Below are positions 51,101-64,000 of a stretch of DNA of 64,000 nucleotides, one piece after another. The translations under genes and the position numbers were made by a program. The notes beneath the pieces were generated by a model that saw only the letters and a program-made list of their open reading frames with translations, did no database searches and was not told where the DNA came from. Origin of the DNA: Azolla caroliniana (Eukaryota > Plantae > Polypodiophyta); contig JBHGNT010000018.1 in NCBI GenBank assembly GCA_043228905.1, forward strand, positions 8,804,001 to 8,868,000. Reading direction: 5' to 3'. Numbering within the stretch: position 1 is the stretch's first letter; every line of letters begins with the position of its first letter.

Positions 51101-51685
51101 ATCATATTTAGACTTCTATTTCGCATTAAATCCAAATATCAAGTAGAATTTAAATATAATTCGCACGTTACAATAGTTTTTCCTCTCAAATTCTACTGTT
51201 AATTTCCTCACCTCCAATTCTAGCTAGTATATTTGGAGTGACACAAAATTTAGAAATTTGCTATCAACCTTGTATTCCACGCACGCGGCCACGGCATTCC
51301 TGTATATATTTCAAATGGCCATTACATTTAATGAGAGGATCTTCATCAATTCTCACAAATATTTCCATCGTTCATCATTAGACCATGAGGCTTCGTCATT
51401 GTGAGACGAATTTGATATTCAGGTTATGAAGGTATTTCCTCCTATTAATTATTTGATTGACACACTTGAGCCGATACAAACGGATTGCGTTGTGTTTCAA
51501 TCCGTAGCGGTTGCATCCTATGACTCATAACATATACCTCCGGCTTGCTAAGTGTGACATCCACAATGTATGTTTCCTCTCCGCTCATTTGGAGAACGGG
51601 TCCATTGGATGTTAAGACTAATGGAACTGCGATAGTTTGAGATAGGCTATCAATGCTTTAATTTGTCATGAGAGGGAGAGGAAAA

Positions 51686-51758
51686 TGGAGATGCGGGGTA
51701 TCGATCCCCATACCTCTCGCATGCTAAGCGAGCGCTCTACCATTTGAGCTACATCCCC
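51686..51758 (-). tRNA. tRNA-Ala(AGC) unit 20
   Basis: As unit 1. Confidence 0.95.
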
Positions 51759-52218
51759 GAAACTTTTGCCTTCAGGTTTTAGAAAGAGTGGAATGACATG
51801 TAACAGATAATGCTTATCTAGAAATGCAGGTAATAGGCTGTACTAATTGTTGTTTTCAAATCTTAAAAGTAATCCCGTAAGGTCACTTTTAAATTAATAC
51901 GATTGCGATAATGCCATCAACTCCGTACTTCTGGTACGCCAAGCATGCATTTTAGCTTTGAGAATCGACCGATATGCTTTTTTGCGCAACATTGTTAATA
52001 TATTTGTGAATCGAATTCCCATGTGAAATTTAGAAATTAATAGCTTTACTTCTAGTTTTTCCTGATACGTTTGTACGAATACGAATGACGACATGGGCAT
52101 GGATCCCATATTAATTCTGACCCTTCCCAGATGGTCCTCAAACGAATCATAATGACATTCTTGTCACGGAGAGACTTAGAGATGATCTTTCCATTTAATA
52201 ATTCGTAATGATACAAAA

Positions 52219-52291
52219 TGGAGAAGCGAGGTATCGATCCCCGTGCCTCTCGCATGCAAAGCGAGCGCTCTACCATGTGAGCTACATCCCC
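52219..52291 (-). tRNA. tRNA-Ala(UGC) unit 21
   Basis: As unit 1. Confidence 0.9.
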
Positions 52292-52876
52292 ATCATATTT
52301 AGACTTCTATTTCGCATTAAATCCAAATATGAAGTAGAATTTAAATATAATTCGCACGTTACAATAGTTTTTCCTCTCAAATTCTACTGTTAATTTCCTC
52401 ACCTCCAATTCTAGCTAGTATATTTGGAGTGACACAAAATTTAGAAATTTGCTATCAACCTTGTATTCCACGCACGCGGCCACGGCATTCCTGTATATAT
52501 TTCAAATGGCCATTACATTTAATGAGAGGATCTTCATCAATTCTCACAAATATTTCCATCGTTCATCATTAGACCATGAGGCTTCGTCATTGTGAGACGA
52601 ATTTGATATTCAGGTTATGAAGGTATTTCCTCCTATTAATTATTTGATTGACACACTTGAGCCGATACAAACGGATTGCGTTGTGTTTCAATCCGTAGCG
52701 GTTGCATCCTATGACTCATAACATATACCTCCGGCTTGCTAAGTGTGACATCCACAATGTATGTTTCCTCTCCGCTCATTTGGAGAACGGGTCCATTGGA
52801 TGTTAAGACTAATGGAACTGCGATAGTTTGAGATAGGCTATCAATGCTTTAATTTGTCATGAGAGGGAGAGGAAAA

Positions 52877-52949
52877 TGGAGATGCGGGGTATCTATCCCC
52901 ATACCTCTCGCATGCTAAGCGAGCGCTCTACCATTTGAGCTACATCCCC
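52877..52949 (-). tRNA. tRNA-Ala(AGC) unit 21, B-box C56>A variant (probably impaired)
   Basis: atctatcccc instead of atcgatcccc at 52894. Confidence 0.75.
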
Positions 52950-53409
52950 GAAACTTTTGCCTTCAGGTTTTAGAAAGAGTGGAATGACATGTAACAGATA
53001 ATGCTTATCTAGAAATGCAGGTAATAGGCTGTACTAATTGTTGTTTTCAAATCTTAAAAGTAATCCCGTAAGGTCACTTTTAAATTAATACGATTGCGAT
53101 AATGCCATCAACTCCGTACTTCTGGTACGCCAAGCATGCATTTTAGCTTTGAGAATCGACCGATATGCTTTTTTGCGCAACATTGTTAATATATTTGTGA
53201 ATCGAATTCCCATGTGAAATTTAGAAATTAATAGCTTTACTTCTAGTTTTTCCTGATACGTTTGTACGAATACGAATGACGACATGGGCATGGATCCCAT
53301 ATTAATTCTGACCCTTCCCAGATGGTCCTCAAACGAATCATAATGACATTCTTGTCACGGAGAGACTTAGAGATGATCTTTCCATTTAATAATTCGTAAT
53401 GATACAAAA

Positions 53410-53482
53410 TGGAGAAGCGAGGTATCGATCCCCGTGCCTCTCGCATGCAAAGCGAGCGCTCTACCATGTGAGCTACATCCCC
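53410..53482 (-). tRNA. tRNA-Ala(UGC) unit 22
   Basis: As unit 1. Confidence 0.9.
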
Positions 53483-54067
53483 ATCATATTTAGACTTCTA
53501 TTTCGCATTAAATCCAAATATCAAGTAGAATTTAAATATAATTCGCACGTTACAATAGTTTTTCCTCTCAAATTCTACTGTTAATTTCCTCACCTCCAAT
53601 TCTAGCTAGTATATTTGGAGTGACACAAAATTTAGAAATTTGCTATCAACCTTGTATTCCACGCACGCGGCCACGGCATTCCTGTATATATTTCAAATGG
53701 CCATTACATTTAATGAGAGGATCTTCATCAATTCTCACAAATATTTCCATCGTTCATCATTAGACCATGAGGCTTCGTCATTGTGAGACGAATTTGATAT
53801 TCAGGTTATGAAGGTATTTCCTCCTATTAATTATTTGATTGACACACTTGAGCCGATACAAACGGATTGCGTTGTGTTTCAATCCGTAGCGGTTGCATCC
53901 TATGACTCATAACATATACCTCCGGCTTGCTAAGTGTGACATCCACAATGTATGTTTCCTCTCCGCTCATTTGGAGAACGGGTCCATTGGATGTTAAGAC
54001 TAATGGAACTGCGATAGTTTGAGATAGGCTATCAATGCTTTAATTTGTCATGAGAGGGAGAGGAAAA

Positions 54068-54140
54068 TGGAGATGCGGGGTATCGATCCCCATACCTCTC
54101 GCATGCTAAGCGAGCGCTCTACCATTTGAGCTACATCCCC
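54068..54140 (-). tRNA. tRNA-Ala(AGC) unit 22
   Basis: As unit 1. Confidence 0.95.
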
Positions 54141-54600
54141 GAAACTTTTGCCTTCAGGTTTTAGAAAGAGTGGAATGACATGTAACAGATAATGCTTATC
54201 TAGAAATGCAGGTAATAGGCTGTACTAATTGTTGTTTTCAAATCTTAAAAGTAATCCCGTAAGGTCACTTTTAAATTAATACGATTGCGATAATGCCATC
54301 AACTCCGTACTTCTGGTACGCCAAGCATGCATTTTAGCTTTGAGAATCGACCGATATGCTTTTTTGCGCAACATTGTTAATATATTTGTGAATCGAATTC
54401 CCATGTGAAATTTAGAAATTAATAGCTTTACTTCTAGTTTTTCCTGATACGTTTGTACGAATACGAATGACGACATGGGCATGGATCCCATATTAATTCT
54501 GACCCTTCCCAGATGGTCCTCAAACGAATCATAATGACATTCTTGTCACGGAGAGACTTAGAGATGATCTTTCCATTTAATAATTCGTAATGATACAAAA

Positions 54601-54673
54601 TGGAGAAGCGAGGTATCGATCCCCGTGCCTCTCGCATGCAAAGCGAGCGCTCTACCATGTGAGCTACATCCCC
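54601..54673 (-). tRNA. tRNA-Ala(UGC) unit 23
   Basis: As unit 1. Confidence 0.9.
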
Positions 54674-55258
54674 ATCATATTTAGACTTCTATTTCGCATT
54701 AAATCCAAATATGAAGTAGAATTTAAATATAATTCGCACGTTACAATAGTTTTTCCTCTCAAATTCTACTGTTAATTTCCTCACCTCCAATTCTAGCTAG
54801 TATATTTGGAGTGACACAAAATTTAGAAATTTGCTATCAACCTTGTATTCCACGCACGCGGCCACGGCATTCCTGTATATATTTCAAATGGCCATTACAT
54901 TTAATGAGAGGATCTTCATCAATTCTCACAAATATTTCCATCGTTCATCATTAGACCATGAGGCTTCGTCATTGTGAGACGAATTTGATATTCAGGTTAT
55001 GAAGGTATTTCCTCCTATTAATTATTTGATTGACACACTTGAGCCGATACAAACGGATTGCGTTGTGTTTCAATCCGTAGCGGTTGCATCCTATGACTCA
55101 TAACATATACCTCCGGCTTGCTAAGTGTGACATCCACAATGTATGTTTCCTCTCCGCTCATTTGGAGAACGGGTCCATTGGATGTTAAGACTAATGGAAC
55201 TGCGATAGTTTGAGATAGGCTATCAATGCTTTAATTTGTCATGAGAGGGAGAGGAAAA

Positions 55259-55331
55259 TGGAGATGCGGGGTATCGATCCCCATACCTCTCGCATGCTAA
55301 GCGAGCGCTCTACCATTTGAGCTACATCCCC
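55259..55331 (-). tRNA. tRNA-Ala(AGC) unit 23
   Basis: As unit 1. Confidence 0.95.
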
Positions 55332-55791
55332 GAAACTTTTGCCTTCAGGTTTTAGAAAGAGTGGAATGACATGTAACAGATAATGCTTATCTAGAAATGC
55401 AGGTAATAGGCTGTACTAATTGTTGTTTTCAAATCTTAAAAGTAATCCCGTAAGGTCACTTTTAAATTAATACGATTGCGATAATGCCATCAACTCCGTA
55501 CTTCTGGTACGCCAAGCATGCATTTTAGCTTTGAGAATCGACCGATATGCTTTTTTGCGCAACATTGTTAATATATTTGTGAATCGAATTCCCATGTGAA
55601 ATTTAGAAATTAATAGCTTTACTTCTAGTTTTTCCTGATACGTTTGTACGAATACGAATGACGACATGGGCATGGATCCCATATTAATTCTGACCCTTCC
55701 CAGATGGTCCTCAAACGAATCATAATGACATTCTTGTCACGGAGAGACTTAGAGATGATCTTTCCATTTAATAATTCGTAATGATACAAAA

Positions 55792-55864
55792 TGGAGAAGC
55801 GAGGTATCGATCCCCGTGCCTCTCGCATGCAAAGCGAGCGCTCTACCATGTGAGCTACATCCCC
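55792..55864 (-). tRNA. tRNA-Ala(UGC) unit 24
   Basis: As unit 1. Confidence 0.9.
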
Positions 55865-56449
55865 ATCATATTTAGACTTCTATTTCGCATTAAATCCAAA
55901 TATGAAGTAGAATTTAAATATAATTCGCACGTTACAATAGTTTTTCCTCTCAAATTCTACTGTTAATTTCCTCACCTCCAATTCTAGCTAGTATATTTGG
56001 AGTGACACAAAATTTAGAAATTTGCTATCAACCTTGTATTCCACGCACGCGGCCACGGCATTCCTGTATATATTTCAAATGGCCATTACATTTAATGAGA
56101 GGATCTTCATCAATTCTCACAAATATTTCCATCGTTCATCATTAGACCATGAGGCTTCGTCATTGTGAGACGAATTTGATATTCAGGTTATGAAGGTATT
56201 TCCTCCTATTAATTATTTGATTGACACACTTGAGCCGATACAAACGGATTGCGTTGTGTTTCAATCCGTAGCGGTTGCATCCTATGACTCATAACATATA
56301 CCTCCGGCTTGCTAAGTGTGACATCCACAATGTATGTTTCCTCTCCGCTCATTTGGAGAACGGGTCCATTGGATGTTAAGACTAATGGAACTGCGATAGT
56401 TTGAGATAGGCTATCAATGCTTTAATTTGTCATGAGAGGGAGAGGAAAA

Positions 56450-56522
56450 TGGAGATGCGGGGTATCGATCCCCATACCTCTCGCATGCTAAGCGAGCGCT
56501 CTACCATTTGAGCTACATCCCC
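56450..56522 (-). tRNA. tRNA-Ala(AGC) unit 24
   Basis: As unit 1. Confidence 0.95.
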
Positions 56523-56982
56523 GAAACTTTTGCCTTCAGGTTTTAGAAAGAGTGGAATGACATGTAACAGATAATGCTTATCTAGAAATGCAGGTAATAG
56601 GCTGTACTAATTGTTGTTTTCAAATCTTAAAAGTAATCCCGTAAGGTCACTTTTAAATTAATACGATTGCGATAATGCCATCAACTCCGTACTTCTGGTA
56701 CGCCAAGCATGCATTTTAGCTTTGAGAATCGACCGATATGCTTTTTTGCGCAACATTGTTAATATATTTGTGAATCGAATTCCCATGTGAAATTTAGAAA
56801 TTAATAGCTTTACTTCTAGTTTTTCCTGATACGTTTGTACGAATACGAATGACGACATGGGCATGGATCCCATATTAATTCTGACCCTTCCCAGATGGTC
56901 CTCAAACGAATCATAATGACATTCTTGTCACGGAGAGACTTAGAGATGATCTTTCCATTTAATAATTCGTAATGATACAAAA

Positions 56983-57055
56983 TGGAGAAGCGAGGTATCG
57001 ATCCCCGTGCCTCTCGCATGCAAAGCGAGCGCTCTACCATGTGAGCTACATCCCC
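56983..57055 (-). tRNA. tRNA-Ala(UGC) unit 25
   Basis: As unit 1. Confidence 0.9.
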
Positions 57056-57640
57056 ATCATATTTAGACTTCTATTTCGCATTAAATCCAAATATGAAGTA
57101 GAATTTAAATATAATTCGCACGTTACAATAGTTTTTCCTCTCAAATTCTACTGTTAATTTCCTCACCTCCAATTCTAGCTAGTATATTTGGAGTGACACA
57201 AAATTTAGAAATTTGCTATCAACCTTGTATTCCACGCACGCGGCCACGGCATTCCTGTATATATTTCAAATGGCCATTACATTTAATGAGAGGATCTTCA
57301 TCAATTCTCACAAATATTTCCATCGTTCATCATTAGACCATGAGGCTTCGTCATTGTGAGACGAATTTGATATTCAGGTTATGAAGGTATTTCCTCCTAT
57401 TAATTATTTGATTGACACACTTGAGCCGATACAAACGGATTGCGTTGTGTTTCAATCCGTAGCGGTTGCATCCTATGACTCATAACATATACCTCCGGCT
57501 TGCTAAGTGTGACATCCACAATGTATGTTTCCTCTCCGCTCATTTGGAGAACGGGTCCATTGGATGTTAAGACTAATGGAACTGCGATAGTTTGAGATAG
57601 GCTATCAATGCTTTAATTTGTCATGAGAGGGAGAGGAAAA

Positions 57641-57713
57641 TGGAGATGCGGGGTATCGATCCCCATACCTCTCGCATGCTAAGCGAGCGCTCTACCATTT
57701 GAGCTACATCCCC
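57641..57713 (-). tRNA. tRNA-Ala(AGC) unit 25
   Basis: As unit 1. Confidence 0.95.
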
Positions 57714-58173
57714 GAAACTTTTGCCTTCAGGTTTTAGAAAGAGTGGAATGACATGTAACAGATAATGCTTATCTAGAAATGCAGGTAATAGGCTGTACTA
57801 ATTGTTGTTTTCAAATCTTAAAAGTAATCCCGTAAGGTCACTTTTAAATTAATACGATTGCGATAATGCCATCAACTCCGTACTTCTGGTACGCCAAGCA
57901 TGCATTTTAGCTTTGAGAATCGACCGATATGCTTTTTTGCGCAACATTGTTAATATATTTGTGAATCGAATTCCCATGTGAAATTTAGAAATTAATAGCT
58001 TTACTTCTAGTTTTTCCTGATACGTTTGTACGAATACGAATGACGACATGGGCATGGATCCCATATTAATTCTGACCCTTCCCAGATGGTCCTCAAACGA
58101 ATCATAATGACATTCTTGTCACGGAGAGACTTAGAGATGATCTTTCCATTTAATAATTCGTAATGATACAAAA

Positions 58174-58246
58174 TGGAGAAGCGAGGTATCGATCCCCGTG
58201 CCTCTCGCATGCAAAGCGAGCGCTCTACCATGTGAGCTACATCCCC
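58174..58246 (-). tRNA. tRNA-Ala(UGC) unit 26
   Basis: As unit 1. Confidence 0.9.
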
Positions 58247-58831
58247 ATCATATTTAGACTTCTATTTCGCATTAAATCCAAATATCAAGTAGAATTTAAA
58301 TATAATTCGCACGTTACAATAGTTTTTCCTCTCAAATTCTACTGTTAATTTCCTCACCTCCAATTCTAGCTAGTATATTTGGAGTGACACAAAATTTAGA
58401 AATTTGCTATCAACCTTGTATTCCACGCACGCGGCCACGGCATTCCTGTATATATTTCAAATGGCCATTACATTTAATGAGAGGATCTTCATCAATTCTC
58501 ACAAATATTTCCATCGTTCATCATTAGACCATGAGGCTTCGTCATTGTGAGACGAATTTGATATTCAGGTTATGAAGGTATTTCCTCCTATTAATTATTT
58601 GATTGACACACTTGAGCCGATACAAACGGATTGCGTTGTGTTTCAATCCGTAGCGGTTGCATCCTATGACTCATAACATATACCTCCGGCTTGCTAAGTG
58701 TGACATCCACAATGTATGTTTCCTCTCTGCTCATTTGGAGAACGGGTCCATTGGATGTTAAGACTAATGGAACTGCGATAGTTTGAGATAGGCTATCAAT
58801 GCTTTAATTTGTCATGAGAGGGAGAGGAAAA

Positions 58832-58904
58832 TGGAGATGCGGGGTATCGATCCCCATACCTCTCGCATGCTAAGCGAGCGCTCTACCATTTGAGCTACAT
58901 CCCC
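58832..58904 (-). tRNA. tRNA-Ala(AGC) unit 26
   Basis: As unit 1. Confidence 0.95.
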
Positions 58905-59364
58905 GAAACTTTTGCCTTCAGGTTTTAGAAAGAGTGGAATGACATGTAACAGATAATGCTTATCTAGAAATGCAGGTAATAGGCTGTACTAATTGTTGTT
59001 TTCAAATCTTAAAAGTAATCCCGTAAGGTCACTTTTAAATTAATACGATTGCGATAATGCCATCAACTCCGTACTTCTGGTACGCCAAGCATGCATTTTA
59101 GCTTTGAGAATCGACCGATATGCTTTTTTGCGCAACATTGTTAATATATTTGTGAATCGAATTCCCATGTGAAATTTAGAAATTAATAGCTTTACTTCTA
59201 GTTTTTCCTGATACGTTTGTACGAATACGAATGACGACATGGGCATGGATCCCATATTAATTCTGACCCTTCCCAGATGGTCCTCAAACGAATCATAATG
59301 ACATTCTTGTCACGGAGAGACTTAGAGATGATCTTTCCATTTAATAATTCGTAATGATACAAAA

Positions 59365-59437
59365 TGGAGAAGCGAGGTATCGATCCCCGTGCCTCTCGCA
59401 TGCAAAGCGAGCGCTCTACCATGTGAGCTACATCCCC
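59365..59437 (-). tRNA. tRNA-Ala(UGC) unit 27
   Basis: As unit 1. Confidence 0.9.
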
Positions 59438-60022
59438 ATCATATTTAGACTTCTATTTCGCATTAAATCCAAATATGAAGTAGAATTTAAATATAATTCG
59501 CACGTTACAATAGTTTTTCCTCTCAAATTCTACTGTTAATTTCCTCACCTCCAATTCTAGCTAGTATATTTGGAGTGACACAAAATTTAGAAATTTGCTA
59601 TCAACCTTGTATTCCACGCACGCGGCCACGGCATTCCTGTATATATTTCAAATGGCCATTACATTTAATGAGAGGATCTTCATCAATTCTCACAAATATT
59701 TCCATCGTTCATCATTAGACCATGAGGCTTCGTCATTGTGAGACGAATTTGATATTCAGGTTATGAAGGTATTTCCTCCTATTAATTATTTGATTGACAC
59801 ACTTGAGCCGATACAAACGGATTGCGTTGTGTTTCAATCCGTAGCGGTTGCATCCTATGACTCATAACATATACCTCCGGCTTGCTAAGTGTGACATCCA
59901 CAATGTATGTTTCCTCTCCGCTCATTTGGAGAACGGGTCCATTGGATGTTAAGACTAATGGAACTGCGATAGTTTGAGATAGGCTATCAATGCTTTAATT
60001 TGTCATGAGAGGGAGAGGAAAA

Positions 60023-60095
60023 TGGAGATGCGGGGTATCGATCCCCATACCTCTCGCATGCTAAGCGAGCGCTCTACCATTTGAGCTACATCCCC
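60023..60095 (-). tRNA. tRNA-Ala(AGC) unit 27
   Basis: As unit 1. Confidence 0.95.
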
Positions 60096-60555
60096 GAAAC
60101 TTTTGCCTTCAGGTTTTAGAAAGAGTGGAATGACATGTAACAGATAATGCTTATCTAGAAATGCAGGTAATAGGCTGTACTAATTGTTGTTTTCAAATCT
60201 TAAAAGTAATCCCGTAAGGTCACTTTTAAATTAATACGATTGCGATAATGCCATCAACTCCGTACTTCTGGTACGCCAAGCATGCATTTTAGCTTTGAGA
60301 ATCGACCGATATGCTTTTTTGCGCAACATTGTTAATATATTTGTGAATCGAATTCCCATGTGAAATTTAGAAATTAATAGCTTTACTTCTAGTTTTTCCT
60401 GATACGTTTGTACGAATACGAATGACGACATGGGCATGGATCCCATATTAATTCTGACCCTTCCCAGATGGTCCTCAAACGAATCATAATGACATTCTTG
60501 TCACGGAGAGACTTAGAGATGATCTTTCCATTTAATAATTCGTAATGATACAAAA

Positions 60556-60628
60556 TGGAGAAGCGAGGTATCGATCCCCGTGCCTCTCGCATGCAAAGCG
60601 AGCGCTCTACCATGTGAGCTACATCCCC
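60556..60628 (-). tRNA. tRNA-Ala(UGC) unit 28
   Basis: As unit 1. Confidence 0.9.
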
Positions 60629-61213
60629 ATCATATTTAGACTTCTATTTCGCATTAAATCCAAATATGAAGTAGAATTTAAATATAATTCGCACGTTACA
60701 ATAGTTTTTCCTCTCAAATTCTACTGTTAATTTCCTCACCTCCAATTCTAGCTAGTATATTTGGAGTGACACAAAATTTAGAAATTTGCTATCAACCTTG
60801 TATTCCACGCACGCGGCCACGGCATTCCTGTATATATTTCAAATGGCCATTACATTTAATGAGAGGATCTTCATCAATTCTCACAAATATTTCCATCGTT
60901 CATCATTAGACCATGAGGCTTCGTCATTGTGAGACGAATTTGATATTCAGGTTATGAAGGTATTTCCTCCTATTAATTATTTGATTGACACACTTGAGCC
61001 GATACAAACGGATTGCGTTGTGTTTCAATCCGTAGCGGTTGCATCCTATGACTCATAACATATACCTCCGGCTTGCTAAGTGTGACATCCACAATGTATG
61101 TTTCCTCTCCGCTCATTTGGAGAACGGGTCCATTGGATGTTAAGACTAATGGAACTGCGATAGTTTGAGATAGGCTATCAATGCTTTAATTTGTCATGAG
61201 AGGGAGAGGAAAA

Positions 61214-61286
61214 TGGAGATGCGGGGTATCGATCCCCATACCTCTCGCATGCTAAGCGAGCGCTCTACCATTTGAGCTACATCCCC
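61214..61286 (-). tRNA. tRNA-Ala(AGC) unit 28
   Basis: As unit 1. Confidence 0.95.
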
Positions 61287-61746
61287 GAAACTTTTGCCTT
61301 CAGGTTTTAGAAAGAGTGGAATGACATGTAACAGATAATGCTTATCTAGAAATGCAGGTAATAGGCTGTACTAATTGTTGTTTTCAAATCTTAAAAGTAA
61401 TCCCGTAAGGTCACTTTTAAATTAATACGATTGCGATAATGCCATCAACTCCGTACTTCTGGTACGCCAAGCATGCATTTTAGCTTTGAGAATCGACCGA
61501 TATGCTTTTTTGCGCAACATTGTTAATATATTTGTGAATCGAATTCCCATGTGAAATTTAGAAATTAATAGCTTTACTTCTAGTTTTTCCTGATACGTTT
61601 GTACGAATACGAATGACGACATGGGCATGGATCCCATATTAATTCTGACCCTTCCCAGATGGTCCTCAAACGAATCATAATGACATTCTTGTCACGGAGA
61701 GACTTAGAGATGATCTTTCCATTTAATAATTCGTAATGATACAAAA

Positions 61747-61819
61747 TGGAGAAGCGAGGTATCGATCCCCGTGCCTCTCGCATGCAAAGCGAGCGCTCTA
61801 CCATGTGAGCTACATCCCC
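61747..61819 (-). tRNA. tRNA-Ala(UGC) unit 29
   Basis: As unit 1. Confidence 0.9.
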
Positions 61820-62404
61820 ATCATATTTAGACTTCTATTTCGCATTAAATCCAAATATGAAGTAGAATTTAAATATAATTCGCACGTTACAATAGTTTTT
61901 CCTCTCAAATTCTACTGTTAATTTCCTCACCTCCAATTCTAGCTAGTATATTTGGAGTGACACAAAATTTAGAAATTTGCTATCAACCTTGTATTCCACG
62001 CACGCGGCCACGGCATTCCTGTATATATTTCAAATGGCCATTACATTTAATGAGAGGATCTTCATCAATTCTCACAAATATTTCCATCGTTCATCATTAG
62101 ACCATGAGGCTTCGTCATTGTGAGACGAATTTGATATTCAGGTTATGAAGGTATTTCCTCCTATTAATTATTTGATTGACACACTTGAGCCGATACAAAC
62201 GGATTGCGTTGTGTTTCAATCCGTAGCGGTTGCATCCTATGACTCATAACATATACCTCCGGCTTGCTAAGTGTGACATCCACAATGTATGTTTCCTCTC
62301 CGCTCATTTGGAGAACGGGTCCATTGGATGTTAAGACTAATGGAACTGCGATAGTTTGAGATAGGCTATCAATGCTTTAATTTGTCATGAGAGGGAGAGG
62401 AAAA

Positions 62405-62477
62405 TGGAGATGCGGGGTATCGATCCCCATACCTCTCGCATGCTAAGCGAGCGCTCTACCATTTGAGCTACATCCCC
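62405..62477 (-). tRNA. tRNA-Ala(AGC) unit 29
   Basis: As unit 1. Confidence 0.95.
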
Positions 62478-62937
62478 GAAACTTTTGCCTTCAGGTTTTA
62501 GAAAGAGTGGAATGACATGTAACAGATAATGCTTATCTAGAAATGCAGGTAATAGGCTGTACTAATTGTTGTTTTCAAATCTTAAAAGTAATCCCGTAAG
62601 GTCACTTTTAAATTAATACGATTGCGATAATGCCATCAACTCCGTACTTCTGGTACGCCAAGCATGCATTTTAGCTTTGAGAATCGACCGATATGCTTTT
62701 TTGCGCAACATTGTTAATATATTTGTGAATCGAATTCCCATGTGAAATTTAGAAATTAATAGCTTTACTTCTAGTTTTTCCTGATACGTTTGTACGAATA
62801 CGAATGACGACATGGGCATGGATCCCATATTAATTCTGACCCTTCCCAGATGGTCCTCAAACGAATCATAATGACATTCTTGTCACGGAGAGACTTAGAG
62901 ATGATCTTTCCATTTAATAATTCGTAATGATACAAAA

Positions 62938-63010
62938 TGGAGAAGCGAGGTATCGATCCCCGTGCCTCTCGCATGCAAAGCGAGCGCTCTACCATGTGAG
63001 CTACATCCCC
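62938..63010 (-). tRNA. tRNA-Ala(UGC) unit 30
   Basis: As unit 1. Confidence 0.9.
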
Positions 63011-63595
63011 ATCATATTTAGACTTCTATTTCGCATTAAATCCAAATATGAAGTAGAATTTAAATATAATTCGCACGTTACAATAGTTTTTCCTCTCAAA
63101 TTCTACTGTTAATTTCCTCACCTCCAATTCTAGCTAGTATATTTGGAGTGACACAAAATTTAGAAATTTGCTATCAACCTTGTATTCCACGCACGCGGCC
63201 ACGGCATTCCTGTATATATTTCAAATGGCCATTACATTTAATGAGAGGATCTTCATCAATTCTCACAAATATTTCCATCGTTCATCATTAGACCATGAGG
63301 CTTCGTCATTGTGAGACGAATTTGATATTCAGGTTATGAAGGTATTTCCTCCTATTAATTATTTGATTGACACACTTGAGCCGATACAAACGGATTGCGT
63401 TGTGTTTCAATCCGTAGCGGTTGCATCCTATGACTCATAACATATACCTCCGGCTTGCTAAGTGTGACATCCACAATGTATGTTTCCTCTCCGCTCATTT
63501 GGAGAACGGGTCCATTGGATGTTAAGACTAATGGAACTGCGATAGTTTGAGATAGGCTATCAATGCTTTAATTTGTCATGAGAGGGAGAGGAAAA

Positions 63596-63668
63596 TGGAG
63601 ATGCGGGGTATCGATCCCCATACCTCTCGCATGCTAAGCGAGCGCTCTACCATTTGAGCTACATCCCC
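63596..63668 (-). tRNA. tRNA-Ala(AGC) unit 30
   Basis: As unit 1. Confidence 0.95.
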
Positions 63669-64000
63669 GAAACTTTTGCCTTCAGGTTTTAGAAAGAGTG
63701 GAATGACATGTAACAGATAATGCTTATCTAGAAATGCAGGTAATAGGCTGTACTAATTGTTGTTTTCAAATCTTAAAAGTAATCCCGTAAGGTCACTTTT
63801 AAATTAATACGATTGCGATAATGCCATCAACTCCGTACTTCTGGTACGCCAAGCATGCATTTTAGCTTTGAGAATCGACCGATATGCTTTTTTGCGCAAC
63901 ATTGTTAATATATTTGTGAATCGAATTCCCATGTGAAATTTAGAAATTAATAGCTTTACTTCTAGTTTTTCCTGATACGTTTGTACGAATACGAATGACG

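Larger units (their letters stand above)
27989..64000 (-). repeat. Homogeneous tandem array of 1191-bp tDNA units (about 30.2 copies, open at right edge), each with tRNA-Ala(UGC) and tRNA-Ala(AGC)
   Basis: Exact 1191-bp periodicity in sequence and ORF track; only a few SNPs seen. Confidence 0.99.

Noticed and set aside
28074-63112. Three short ORFs (71, 74, 61 aa) repeated in every unit
   Set aside because: They overlap tRNA genes or spacer, show no protein motifs and are not preserved in the older copies
27989-64000. CRISPR-like reading of the array
   Set aside because: Spacers are identical and long, the repeats are tRNA genes, there are no cas genes and the context is eukaryotic

Overview
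Eukaryotic nuclear DNA, most likely from a non-seed land plant such as a moss (inferred from plant-type tRNA-Ala genes, a Tcn1-like chromovirus and Met-i-primed copia). It has three zones. (1) 1-5343: the end of a DNA-transposon-like element with two divergent, decayed genes, a spliced ParB/Srx-like gene and a DDE/DDD transposase-like gene with a BAH-like tail. (2) 5344-27988: nested retroelements (a copia remnant, an RT-less copia with both LTRs and TSD, LINE fragments, and a chromovirus with a self-priming site and a tRNA-like segment in its LTR), a segmental duplication, and about 12 decayed tRNA-Ala copies. (3) 27989-64000: a nearly perfectly homogenised tandem array of about 30.2 units of 1191 bp, each with one tRNA-Ala(UGC) and one tRNA-Ala(AGC) gene on the minus strand (60 tRNA genes), running off the right edge. 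The small repeated ORFs in the array are artefacts. All family assignments come from motifs read by eye, with no database search.
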